A stretch of 63,065 bases of DNA, the filler included, from Octopus bimaculoides (Eukaryota), in the NCBI RefSeq assembly GCF_001194135.2. It is 5 parts of 5 records of this genome, joined end to end, with 100 filler letters (N's around TTAATTAATTAA, not from the genome) between each part and the next. Parts side by side here need not be neighbours in the genome. Positions count along the whole stretch, not along the records: positions 34,176 to 52,428 come from NC_068983.1; positions 52,529 to 56,530 come from NC_069000.1; positions 56,631 to 63,065 come from NC_068998.1; 2 more parts are not named here. One strand, 5' to 3'. Under the pieces are notes generated by a model. That model ran no database searches, was not told where the DNA came from, and saw nothing but the letters and a program-made list of their open reading frames with translations. A program made the position numbers and the translations under genes. Shown here piece by piece: positions 50,900 to 63,065 of this stretch; the stretch's first letter is position 1, and the number at the start of each line of letters is the position of its first letter.

Positions 50900-51213
50900 T
50901 GTTGCTGTTATTATCTTGTTCCTTCTCGAGCCATGTCTGGCACATAAGGGCCGGTTTCCCAGCTTCATTGGTGTATAGGTTGCCCACCTGGATGGGACGC
51001 CGGTCCGTCGCAGGTGAGTTGCTAGATGCAGCAGGAAAGAGTGAGAGAAAGTTGTGCCGAAAAAGTCAGCAGAAGGTCGCCATTACCTTCTGCCGGAGTT
51101 GCATGAAGCTAAGGTGTTTTGCTCATAAACACACACATTTCCCGGTCTGAGATTCGAACTCGCGATTCTTCGACCGCAAGTCAGCTGCTCTAACCACTAG
51201 GCCATGTGCCTCT
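50900..51213 (-). mobile_element. SINE family E (family C head and 5' body with a different, V-domain-like 3' end)
   Basis: A box tggcctagtgg, B box agttcgaatct, body to ttctctcactct as in 2463-2642, then tgcgacggaccggcgtcccatccagg...gaaaccggcc...ggctcgagaagga. Confidence 0.85.
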
Positions 51214-51474
51214 ACTATTTACAACTTTGTTGTTAGTTAATTTCCAGACCGTTCATTTCAAAACACAATCCCAGGAAAATATATTATTTCTTGTTACGTT
51301 CGAGTTACGTTCGTTTGGATTCACTTTCAGTCGTAGTAAGCATCTATACTGGGTTGCAAATATTCTGTGAAGACATATAAGTTGAAATATAAATATATTA
51401 TAACAGATTTTCAAATATAATTTATGTAAATTAATGAAAATAGCAACACATTCATTATGAGTGCATTTACATAA

Positions 51475-51697
51475 GGCGGGGTGCTGGCAGAATGGTTAGC
51501 ACACTGGACGAAATACGTAGCGGCATTTCGTCTGTCTTTATGTTCTGAGTTCAAATTCCGCCGATGTCGACTTTGCCTTTCGGGGTCGATTAAATAAGTA
51601 CCAGTTACGCACTGGGGTCGACGTAATAGACTTAATCCCTTTGTCTGTCCTTACTTGTCCCCTCTATGTTTAGCCCTATGTGGGCAATAAAAAAATA
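51475..51697 (+). mobile_element. SINE family B variant with a distinct tail
   Basis: family B head and body, then ttaatccctttgtctgtcc...gtttagccctatgtgggcaataaa. Confidence 0.85.
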
Positions 51698-51699
51698 AA

Positions 51700-51880
51700 T
51701 ACTTAGCGGTATTTCTCCCGTCGCTGAGTTCTGAGTTTAAATTTCATTGAGGTCGACTTTATCCTTCATCGTTTCGGGGTCGATAAATGAAGTACCAGCT
51801 ACGTGGAATTTGGACTCAGAATAAAGACGGACGAAATACCGCTGATCGTTTTGTTTGGTGTGCAAACGATTCTGCAAACT
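51700..51880. mobile_element. two family B fragments in inverted orientation
   Basis: plus fragment 51700-51800 then minus-strand head ggaatttggactcagaataaagacggacgaaataccgct 51803-51880. Confidence 0.7.
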
Positions 51881-52272
51881 GGTCACTTTATTGCACCTAC
51901 ATTTGAAAATAGTTTACTGTTGCTTAATTTATGGAGAGTAAACTGGCTTAGCAACGTGATTCTGTTGAATTATTTGTTGTAGAACCTTTAAAACAAATAG
52001 AGAGGAGGCATGCTATTGTTTGAACGTATACCGTGTTTTCATTGGTTGTTAGAGCCTATTACATTTGGGACAAGTGACGTCAGATGCTATGGAGGCTGTC
52101 TGCTTAAAGAAAATTTGCTACATATTTGTTTCTGCAACAGGTTTCCATACCAATTTCTCATTCTTTCTTAGTTAAATTCTATTGAGAATATTTGCAGATT
52201 CCACAAATAGATCTAACTATAGGTTTGAACAAACAAGTATAATATTATTGCCAGATCGAATCGTATTGTTTT

Positions 52273-52377
<105 letters not shown>

Positions 52378-52555
52378 GTTGTTGTTGTTCAGTAGTTTTA
52401 TTTTTATAACGTGCTTTCACTTCACTTANNNNNNNNNNNNNNNNNNNNNNNNNNNNNNNNNNNNNNNNNNNNTTAATTAATTAANNNNNNNNNNNNNNNN
52501 NNNNNNNNNNNNNNNNNNNNNNNNNNNNGTGTTGAAGCATATTCTGTTGTATCTA

Positions 52556-52797
52556 GGGAGAGTCATTTTCTTTTAGTGCCTTATAATTTAACACATTCAC
52601 CAGTAAAATTTCCACTTATTCCTTATTTTTATTTTCCTAAAATTTTCGTTATGTTTTGCAACCTTTTCAATAGTCTTGACTATTGAAAAAGTTGCAAGAC
52701 GCAACGAAAATTTTAGGAAAATAAAAATAAGGAATAAGTGGAAATTTTACCGGTGAATGTGTTAAATTATAAGGCACTAAAAGAAAATGACTTTCCC
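52556..52797. repeat. 242-bp palindrome, 120-bp arms, 2-nt loop
   Basis: 52556-52675 vs 52678-52797, 114/120 complementary; all six differences are transitions. Confidence 0.95.
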
Positions 52798-53793
52798 CAG
52801 ACACAACAGAATATATATATATATATATATATTTCTCTGCAACAGAGATATAATCTTAATAAAGTTTCTCCCGCAGGGATCTACCGATACATTAGGCTTC
52901 TCTTCTTCCTTACAGCAAACTATTCTATTCTATGTTGAGCCCTTTTTTACTTACTATTTGACGAAACAGAATATCTCTAGTCTTTTCGGGTCCTACTTTA
53001 CTATTTTTACTTCAGTAAAAGTGTATCTAGGTGTGCATTATTTATTCTGTCAATCCCGTTTCTAAGATTGTAGAGTGTAATTTGAGGGACATTTGGTTGC
53101 TATTTCGTGGACATCGTAGACGTATCTCCTTTAGCTCGAATAATAATGCCTTCAAGAAAACAATGCTAAAGCGATTTCACCGGGATTAGAACTTGTATAT
53201 AATCAAATCCCAAAACATTTAGTTTGGCACTAGTAAATCCACAACGCCACTGCCTTAATAACGGTTTCTAACATTAGCACAGAACACAAATACAAGGAGA
53301 GGTGAAGCAGGCGGTAGGATAGTCGACGAAATCGATTATATTTCTATTGATTCCAGAACGATGAGAGGCAATGTTAATGCTGGTGGAATTTGCAATAAAT
53401 TCATACATTTACTGCAAGGTATATTATATTTTGGCCTCCACTCTACTGACTTCGTCATTTCATCAAACTCTGCAAGACTCTACCAACTCTTCCACCCCAC
53501 CACCTTCACTCTCTCCAAAATAAATATAAAAATATGCTGCTACATCCATTGATCACGCTTGCATTTCAGTTGCCTTGGCTAGTTTTAAACTAAGTTGTGT
53601 AGGATTAATATAATATAATTCCTCTGTATGTTCATTCAGGTGAGTGAGTTAGTGTGGCCCAGTTCACGTGACAAAGCTCAGACCTACCTGTTTTGCTGTC
53701 TAGTTTCATTTTCATCGTCTGTTTCCGATGTTTTCATGAAAAAGGGTCAAATAGATAACCGAAGAGAGATCAACGAGATAGAGCAGAGTTCAC

Positions 53794-54045
53794 TGTATGT
53801 ATGTATGTATGTATGTATGTATGTATGTATGTATGTATGTATTATGTATGTATTATGTATGTATGTATGTATGTATGCATGTATGTATGTATGTATGTAT
53901 GTATGTATGTATGTATTATGTATGTATGTATGTATGTATGTATGTATTATGTATGTATGTATGTATGCATGTATGTATGTATGTATGTATTATGTATGTA
54001 TGTATGTATGTATGTATGTATGTATGCATTTATGTATGTATGTAT
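53794..54045. repeat. long compound (TATG)n tract
   Basis: about 250 bp with recurring TAT and CATG interruptions. Confidence 0.95.
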
Positions 54046-54110
54046 TTGTGTGTATGTGTGTTAACATGTGTTTTTGTCACCTGTGTGTGTATGTATGTAT
54101 GTATTTGTGT

Positions 54111-54720
54111 GTCGGTCGGTAGCAATGTGGCAAGACTCTTCGAGTTAAAAGCGTTACCGGCGATTGTAAATATGTGGCTGAGTTTTTGTGTTGGTTGAAC
54201 TATCGATCCACACACTATAGTGTGTGCATTTGTTCATATAAAGAATCTCAGATGGAGAATCTTTGGAATGTCTTACAAATGTTCACTGTGCCACTAATAT
54301 ATTGGATTTCGTGAATCCGCGTCAGTTTCTTTTGCTCTGTTTCTGTGAAACCGAATATTTCTAGGTTTTTGTGCAAATTTGTTGGTACACAACCAAATGC
54401 ACCTATGATGACAGGGACAAATGAGAATTCATAGTCAGGGTACAAGAGCTGCAAATTTTGCATTAATTCACCATAAATATTTTCTTTTCCTTGGAATTTG
54501 AACTGTACATTCACATCCGCCGGGCAGCTGACCTCTTCAACAGTTCCTGACTTTTGTTTCCTGTCCTACAGAACAATATCAAGTCTGTTGTGCTTCCAGC
54601 GAACAACTGTTTTTATTAGAGTGTCCATTAATATTCCTTGTTTTTAAAGGTGTGAATACTTGCTGGTTCGGACATGCCTTTGATGTATACGTCAGGACAA
54701 TCTTTCTTGCAGATAGCATT
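54111..54720 (-). mobile_element. R4/Dong-like 3' end (REL PD-(D/E)xK endonuclease and 3' UTR), 5'-truncated
   Basis: NAICKKDCP, KHNRLDIVL*DRKQ...EEVSCPADVNV, KENIYGEL, FVPVIIGAFG, SGTVNICKTFQRFSI*. Confidence 0.9.
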
Positions 54721-54774
54721 GTATGTATGTATGTATGTATGTATGTATGTATGTATGTATGTATGTAGCCAGCC

Positions 54775-55005
54775 ATCTTCTCTGCTCACCATTCCTGTGG
54801 TGAGATTGTAGGGGTCGAGTTCTCAGGCATCTCCTCCATAGGGTCCTATCAGAAAGAACCATCATAAGACTTTGTCACTCTACCAACTCCTAAGCGTAAC
54901 CAACTGAGATTATGTATTTTATCTAACCATTTCATTCTTAGTCTACCCGCTAGGTCTCCTGTCGGTTGACATGACTTAAAGAACCTATCTCGCGTTTCTT
55001 TGAAA
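54775..55005 (-). mobile_element. RTE (Expander/RTE-X-like) ORF C-terminal fragment
   Basis: PTGDLAGRLRMKWLDKIHNLSWLRLGV matches G.RPRGRPR.RW.D....L.W.RLG. Confidence 0.7.
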
Positions 55006-55957
55006 GCAAATAAACCAACACACACGCACGCGCGCGCACACACAATGAATCTTTTGCGGGAATATTCAGCAATCACCCGATGTCGCAATTCGCTAGAGTA
55101 GTACTCACGTGATCAACAAAATCTAACTAATCACGACATTGTGTGGAATAGGCTCCAGCGACTATCTTATCTTTTGGTGGGATTCCTTCTGAGCCTATCC
55201 ATCAGTATAAATTCGATACACCGTGATTAGCCGAGAGAGAGCTCTTGTGATGCAGCAGAGAGTACATTGACAGACACTGAAAGATATAGTCAACAGAGAC
55301 AGCGGACAGCTGACGACTAAAAGGTAATGAAGAGTCGGAGGACGGAAGACGTTAGAAGCACGGCAAGCAACTAATCACACTTTATCTGCTCCTACAACTA
55401 TATCAAGAATAATAACATTCAAAACTCTCGACATTTTGTCGTTCGTAGTAATGACAGTATTTATTGTGGTTTTGTGCGTGTGTGCGTGCGCGTGCGCGCA
55501 TGTCCGGGAACAGGGGGTGCAGGGAGTGCAAGTGCACCCCCAAAATTGCTTGGGGGAGCAAAATCAAAATTTGCACCCTCTACCTATTTTTGTCAAGTTT
55601 AGAAAACTGTGGCAACCTTCTCCAGTGTTTTATTTTCTTCGTACAGACCCCTACCATTTCCTCAAAACAAAATGGAAATAAAAGTTTTGTAGTCCCAGGG
55701 GGAGAACTGAAAGCACAAAAGAAACTGTGAGAGCACATCAGTGTTGAGATGAATATATGACGTGTTTCGATTTTCACTTAATGCAACATCACATATACTT
55801 GTATACATAGTTCCAGCCTATGGTGTTGCTGTCGTTGTTGTTGTTATTGGTGTTGCTGTTACTCGGTCCCAGATCAATTTTGACCATACAAACACATGAT
55901 CAAAAATTTACTTATGATCATCGACTCCCTCTCTCTTTCTCTCTTTCTCTCTTACTT

Positions 55958-56007
<50 letters not shown>

Positions 56008-56484
56008 AGCATAGTGTAACCAGAAGTAATCTACCGTCTCCTTACATTTAATTAACGGTAGGGTGTTATTTGGAAAGGTATTTGGCTGTTATAACAACCG
56101 AGTCGAACTATTTCCAATCAGTTAGAACCTTTGTTGACTGACTCGGTTTTTGTCAACTCATTCACTGAATGATCACGAAAAGAGATTATATGAATCAATG
56201 CTGCACAGATTAATTTAAATCCGATCAACCGAAATGTGTCAGAGATCAATGAATGCAAGAGATTATCGAAGATGTAGACTTGCTTAATCTTAATTCATTG
56301 AGTAAATATGTATTTAGTTGGTATATGTGAGATGTACTACCACAGGTGTGTGACTAGCGTAAGTGTTACACGACTACAGGGGATCAGGTATATACGTCAC
56401 ACTACGTCGATTGTGACTAGCATGTGTTACACTACTCCATCTGATATACATACTCTGTGTGTGTGTGAGTGTGTGTGTGTGTGT

Positions 56485-56530
<46 letters not shown>

Positions 56531-56677
56531 NNNNNNNNNNNNNNNNNNNNNNNNNNNNNNNNNNNNNNNNNNNNTTAATTAATTAANNNNNNNNNNNNNN
56601 NNNNNNNNNNNNNNNNNNNNNNNNNNNNNNTATATATATATATATATTACAAATAAAGTAGGTATGGACATATATTC

Positions 56678-56949
56678 TGCTATGAGCAGAATGTTGATCT
56701 TGTCCAGGTATTCATTGATTTAACCATGGCTTTTGATACTGTGAATAGGGCCTTTATATGGAAAATACTTGGACAACGTGGATGTTCGGATCACTTTGTA
56801 TCTATAATTAAATAATTTCATGATGAGATGTTGGTGGTGGTATGGCGGGAACCATTCCTGTAGAGAATGGTGTCAAGCAGGGTGACATCCTTGCCCCAAG
56901 TCTCTTCTCTTTGTACTTTGCTGGTGCATTTACTTATGCTTTTGCTAAG
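56678..56949 (+). mobile_element. RTE-clade reverse transcriptase fragment
   Basis: CYEQNVDLVQVFIDLTMAFDTVNRAFIWKILGQRGC...IPVENGVKQGDILAPSLFSLYF. Confidence 0.9.
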
Positions 56950-57153
56950 GTTAGCTCTTTGCATGCACATATACACACATATATATATATATTTATATAC
57001 TTACACATATACAGATGTGTATGTACATACACACACACATATATATATACACCCTACATATATGTCAGTGTATATATTTATATATTTATGTATCAATGAT
57101 AATAATAATAATCATAATAATAAAAAATAATAATGATAATAATAATAATAATG

Positions 57154-57238
<85 letters not shown>

Positions 57239-58157
57239 TAATAATATCAGTGTTGAAAATATCTCAAGCCATGCTTTTAGATTCTAGAGCTCATTACACC
57301 CACCAACATAACCAATAATATCATCACAATAATTAATACCCCTACCCACACCATCATCCCGCCACCACCATCACCATCACCACCACCAGAACCGTCAACA
57401 ACAACAACCACAACAACACCACCACTAACAACAACAACTCCATCACTTCCAGCTGACGATAGCATGAATCAGTCAATCTGGAGTCAATTTACATGAAATC
57501 TCGTTTCAATACAATTAATTACTAGATTTAATTAAAGTGAACTGTTTAAAATATCGACAAATGTTTTAGGAATTTATTTCAAATGGATTTTGATTGCAGG
57601 AATTGTTTACTTTTGAGTGGGGTTCGTCATGCATTTAATTTTAATTTGATTTCCCTTTTAGTTTCGTTTCCTTTTCTAAGTTTTTAAAAAAAATTCCATC
57701 GTAATTAATTCAATTAAGAAGTGTATATATATATATATATATATATATNNNNNNNNNNNNNNNNNNNNNNNNNNNNNNNNNNNNNNNNNNNNNNNNNNNN
57801 NNNNNNNNNNNNNNNNNNNNNNNNNNNNNNNNNNNNNNNNNNNNNNNNNNNNNNNNNNNNNNNNNNNNNNNNNNNNNNNNNNNNNNNNNNNNNNNNNNNN
57901 NNNNNNNNNNNNNNNNNNNNNNNNNNNNNNNNNNNNNNNNNNNNNNNNNNNNNNNNNNNNNNNNNNNNNNNNNNNNNNNNNNNNNNNNNNNNNNNNNNNN
58001 NNNNNNNNNNNNNNNNNNNNNNNNNNNNNNNNNNNNNNNNNNNNNNNNNNNNNNNNNNNNNNNNNNNNNNNNNNNNNNNNNNNNNNNNNNNNNNNNNNNN
58101 NNNNNNNNNNNNNNNNNNNNNNNNNNNNNNNNNNNNNNNNNNTTATCTATCTATCTA

Positions 58158-58208
<51 letters not shown>

Positions 58209-58519
58209 GAATGCACGTGAATATATAAGTGTGCATATATCAGTGTGAGTATGTGAGTGCATGCGTGCCTATGAGTATTTCAAATGAAAATATGTCTACT
58301 TGCAGATAATAAGTTAGCGCATTACATAATCGATCATGTTCACAAGGTACTGTAAATATGTCATCCGGAAAGGGCCTATGATGTTGAATGCCGAAAAGTG
58401 AAAGGGGCCGCATCTCGGCTGATCTAATTAGTGTTTCATAATGCGCAAAACCTAAACTTACGAACAGTTGGTCTTCGGCAGTCTCAACACAATAAATCTC
58501 TTCTCCTTCACTTACTTGC

Positions 58520-58980
58520 ACGAAGGACTGAATTTGGTTGAAAATAATCAAACTTGCTATCTTCAAATCGGTTTCCGTGCCTATCCTCGCCTACGCTTAT
58601 AAATATTGAGTAGTGGTCACAAGAAAATAGTTGCCTATACAAGCGGCTGAAATAGGATTCCTCCGTAGGATCTCAGGTGTAAAGTTACTCTATCCCTGTT
58701 GAGTCTACCCTTATTGAGTCTATCCTTATTGAGTCTATCCTTGTTGAGTACATACTTCTCTGTACGGAGAGACGATAGAACCAGTTCTAAGCTGAATCAA
58801 CCGGTAAAACACATAGGAATAGACCAAAAACGAATTAGACTCAGTTGGCTACGCTTGGGAATGGATCCAGAATGTCTCATGACGCTGCTTGTTATGGGAC
58901 CCTATGAAATATGGTGGGTGTAGATTCCTCTGGATTCTACCTCCACCACCCTCCCAGGAATAATGGTCAAAGAAGATGGA
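58520..58980 (+). mobile_element. RTE (Expander/RTE-X-like) ORF C-terminal fragment
   Basis: KLAIFKSVSVPILAY, IQAAEIGFLRRISGV, VEYILL, LSWLRLGMDPE. Confidence 0.8.
58690..58749. repeat. minisatellite, 4 x 15 bp, inside the RTE remnant
   Basis: ctatccctgttgagt ctacccttattgagt ctatccttattgagt ctatccttgttgagt. Confidence 0.95.
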
Positions 58981-61600
58981 CATTTGAATATATTACTGAA
59001 CTACTTCATCGGTTGTTTTTGCTCTAGGTTGAAATGCAAAATATGCTAATCGCTGTTGAGTACAGCAAAGAAGAAAAGTTTCTCTAATGGAGAGATTCTT
59101 CACTAATTTTTGTCGCTTTCTTTGCCAATTTACCCTCCTTCCTTGAAGACATGTTTCCTTTTTGCTTTAGAGTCTCTCTCCGGCAAATTTTCTTATTGTT
59201 ACACTTCCTCATCACAAAACTGTGTCGCTGATGCTACTGAACCTGCTGGTTCTAGTGGTGCTGGTAGTGCGGCTGGTTATTATGGTTACTGTAGCAGAGG
59301 AACATGATATCTGATCGTTAGCTTACCTTCTGAGACAATGATTGCAATTACTTCTGTCATCTATGAAACTGTAACCTATATTGAAGTGTTGCTGAAAGAA
59401 GGATTGTGATGGTTCTCTTCTGTAATCGATAACAAAAAGGATTACAGGAACTTTTATATCGGCCACTGTCGGCGCGAGTGGCAGTGGTATTAGGAGAGCA
59501 AGCTCTAAAAGTTATGCTTCTATTGTTGGGGATCCACCGCTCTCTGTCTTTCCGTCTTTACACCAGGTAGAATAAACTCAAATGATTTTTGTGAGTACAG
59601 GTATAAAAGCTGGGCTTTTTTCCCTTCGACTCGCCAGCCACTAGACCTTTGCCTCTGAACACTGCATGACAGCGAACGGGCACGTCTCTCTGTCCTTTGG
59701 GACTTTGTACATTAAAACCTCCACTAGACCATTTATCATTTCTAGTAACTTCCTTTTTCTCTTTGAATAAAACTCTTCCTGAACTCATATTCTGTAGAAT
59801 GTTTTTAAAAGGAAACACACATTGGAAACTATAGTCCTAGGTACACTATTTCTGAAACAAAAAATGAAGAGAAGATGGTTACGGATGCAATGACTTTGAC
59901 CATAAGTCTACTTTATAGGCGGGAGTGAACTACAACGAAGCAGTAACAACAAAAGCTTCCTCTGCTAATAACTTTTGATAAAATGAACGTTACAACGAAA
60001 TTTTGAACACTTTTCAAATAACAACAAAAGTGTTGGAATGAATTAAATAGTTCTCATGTTGCTCTTGTTCTCACAAATAGATAGAAAAGACTATGACTAC
60101 GATGAAAAGCCTTCAAGGGGAGACCATCTCGTCTTGTCCAATGTTTTCGCTTTGTTAAGACAAAATGTGTCCAGGACTATATTATCCAATCTGTCCTTTC
60201 TGTTTTAAGGTGGTAAGCTGTGATTTGAGAAAGACTTTGCAAGTCAGGTGGTCATGTAGAGGTTACTTTGCTGGTTGGTAAATATGTTATACGTCATGGA
60301 AAGGTAGATATTCCATACTGTAACTCCTTATTCACAAGATCACTATCCATGCCTAGTTTTCGACTACTCGAGATTATGAAGATGTGTGTACCAGTTATGC
60401 ACCGGTCTCAATTCAGTTGACTAAACTCTTTCTTTCTTTCATTCTTTCTCTCTTTCACCATCATCAATGTACCATTTTCCTCCCAAACATTTTTATTTCT
60501 CTCCCTCTCCCCTCTTTCTGTTTGTATCACTGTATCCGAAAAAATGTTCTAGTATGCAAACAGATTTCAACCTTCGTCTCAATCTTAGTGATGCGATGCT
60601 AGAGATCCTGTTGACGTTTTAGTGAGTTTTTACCCTCCCCATGATCAATGTACTGAGTCATTAAATGAATTCGAACTACTGATCTTTCAGTTATACTTAT
60701 ACAACGCTTCGTTCTATTGACTTAATATCTTTACGGCTGAAACCAGAAATGTAGAAAATATTTTCTGTTAAACAAGTTATTAAGTAACCTGTTATTATTT
60801 CTATTGGTTTCGTGTGAAATCAACAAACTAATTTTGATAGAAGCTGTTATCATAACAATTGAAAATGTTCCTATGATATTTCTCTTGTTTTCGGTGTTGA
60901 TTTTAGAAGATTTTTCAATTATGTAAATTCATTGTATTTCCTTTCATTTTCTGCTGTTTCTGTTGTTTTTCTATTTTCGTATTTTTATAAAACCACGAAT
61001 TACAAGGAATTTATTATCGATATTATATAAAGGTTCCAAATTTTATAGGAATATTCCATTTCATTGATATACTTTTAAAAATATATTGAAATAGTTTTAA
61101 AATGTATTGAAATAGTTTTAAAATGTATTGACATTTTTCAAAAATGAATTCAGTATAGTAAATAGAACAGCATGAAAGGAATGACTAGAGAAAAATACTT
61201 TGGCTGAAACAAATTCGAGGAAAAAGACAAAAATAATGAAATAAAATGTATTACAGAACGATGAAATATAATGTGTAGACACAAAAGATAAAAGCAGGTG
61301 CATTAAGCAAATATATCTGAAATTCAAAGTCGTTGATAACTGGCGAACAGCGAGTGCATTATACTTCCATTTCTGTGGAAGATACGACTGCAGTGACTTA
61401 AGCGAGAAACACCTGGATTAATAACTAATCAAATCAGTCATTAAGAAATGAACTGAAATTAATTTATTAAGAAGACAAAGCAGCTTAACAATGAAACAAC
61501 CAATAATGGAAGATACAAAGGATGTCATAAAGCAAGACAAATATGTTATGATTAAAGGAAGAACGCAATATATTCTATTTGAAACGTCTTAGTCTGAGTA

Positions 61601-61913
61601 TGGAGCACTCCGTCGGTTACGACGACGAGCGTCCCGGCTGATCCGATCAACGGAACATCTTGCTCGTGAAATTAACGTGCAAGTGACTGATCACTCCACA
61701 GACACGTGTACCCCTAACGTAGTTCTCAGGGAGATTCAGCGTGACACAGAGTGTGACAAGTCCGGCCCTTTGAAGGTACTACTCATTTTTGCCAGCTGAA
61801 TGGACTGGAGCAACGTGAAATAAAGTGTTTTGCTCAAGGACACAACGCGTCACCGGGAATTGAACTCATGATCGTGAGCCGAATGCCCTAACCACTAAGC
61901 CACGCGCCTTCAC
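61601..61913 (-). mobile_element. SINE family D, full length with 10-bp TSD
   Basis: agtctgagta at 61591-61600 and 61914-61923; A box tggcttagtgg and B box agttcaattcc on minus. Confidence 0.93.
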
Positions 61914-62427
61914 AGTCTGAGTACAGCTACATTTAATAAGCATGTAGAGTAGCTTATTATTTAGTGTACACCAAACTGGATGTAGTGCAAAATTGAAATT
62001 TATTTAGTCACTCGAAAAATGATTGTCTTTCAAGACGGGGATGTTCTATTGCATACAGTTAAAACTGGCGTCTCTTGTTGACTTACACTACCACGTAATC
62101 TGGTACCATCTCTGACTGACTGGTAAACGTTGCTCATAGTCACTAGAGGAGACTGTTCGCAGTATATGTGGAATACCTGTTTCAAAGTAAAGTTTATGTC
62201 TTACCTGATACTAATAGTGCTGTTAAATCATTCATTAACATGTCTTTTCCTTTCTATATTCATTCCTGTTAAAGAATAAGGAGTTATTTGCCTTGTTCTT
62301 GTATTTAGAATACAGAAGAATAAAAAAAAATGCCTTTGGTGTTGACCGGAGATTGTACATGACTGCATGGTACAAGACGCAGTGGCACGTCAGATATTTG
62401 TTTCGTGCTAAGTAGAATAATGTTATT

Positions 62428-62556
62428 AAAGTGACAGATGAGAAGGGATGAAAGTCAATGTCAACGTCTGCGGAATTTAAACTCAGATCATAACGACAGA
62501 TAAAGTGCTGCCGAGCTTATTGCCTGGCGGGCTAACGATTCTGCCAGCTGGCCGCT
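62428..62556 (-). mobile_element. SINE family B, decayed 5' part
   Basis: ggatgaaagtcaatgtcaacgtctgcggaatttaaactcag...gctaacgattctgccagct. Confidence 0.7.
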
Positions 62557-62813
62557 TTCTTTCCATATGCTAAATTCACGTTTCAACACGGTAAAATACA
62601 TACAAGTTATTTAAGATCTCTATTAACACATCGCTAAACCTAAATACATTAGTACAAAGCAATAAATATTGGAGGAATACATACATACATACATAAATAC
62701 GTACATACATACATACACACAGACATACATATATATCTATATATATGCATACACATACATACCTACCTACATACATATATACATACGTATATATATATAT
62801 ATATATATATATA

Positions 62814-63032
62814 TTCTTTTCTTTTATTCTTTTACTTGTTTCAGTCTTTTGACTGTGGCCATGCTGGAGCACCGCCTTTAGTCGAGCAAATCGACCCCAG
62901 GACTTATTCTTTGGAAACCTAGTACTTATTCTATCGGTCTCTTTTGCCGAACCGCTAAGTTACGGGGACATGAACACACCAGCATCGGTTGTCAAGCGAT
63001 GTTGGGGGACAAACACAGACATACAAACACAT

Positions 63033-63063
<31 letters not shown>

Positions 63064-63065
63064 CG
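62814..63065 (-). mobile_element. SINE family A, 3' half (continues beyond the window)
   Basis: very close to the family A tail and body seen at 10496-10720. Confidence 0.92.

Noticed and set aside
53223-53233. tttggcactag, matching the start of miR-96
   Set aside because: match stops at 11 nt and there is no complementary arm nearby
55508-55575. gggggtgcagggagtgcaagtgcacccccaaa as a hAT-type terminus
   Set aside because: resembles such subterminal motifs but no partner TIR or TSD found
59558-59818. 86-aa minus-strand ORF MFPFKNILQNMSSGRVLF...
   Set aside because: no recognisable domain, non-ATG start in the track, length within chance expectation
61084-61131. 21-bp tandem duplication tattgaaatagttttaaaatg
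   Set aside because: two copies in very AT-rich sequence; ordinary slippage

Overview
AT-rich, gap-riddled eukaryotic draft sequence whose repeat content is typical of an octopus (cephalopod) genome; the species assignment is my inference from the repeat families. I could not recognise any host protein-coding exon: almost all entries in the ORF track are microsatellite or N-gap artefacts, and the few real peptide signals are decayed transposable elements. The window is dominated by (a) about 30 copies or fragments of at least five tRNA-headed SINE types (called A-E here) that share modules, (b) remnants of non-LTR retrotransposons (R4/Dong-like REL elements, RTE, CR1/L2-group, Tx1-like, Penelope-like GIY-YIG), (c) Tc1/mariner (DD37D maT, mariner) and hAT-type remnants and MITEs, and (d) dense microsatellites. 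The most notable observations are a U6 snRNA copy fused through its 3' oligo(U) to a structured LINE 3' tail whose parent CR1-group LINE end and SINE client family are both present in the window, R4/Dong-like elements flanked by (CATA)n or (TAA)n, hammerhead-ribozyme-like motifs in Penelope-type termini including one on a B-box-bearing SINE-like element, and a 242-bp near-perfect palindrome. Family names rest on motif recall, not database searches; boundaries of decayed copies are approximate.
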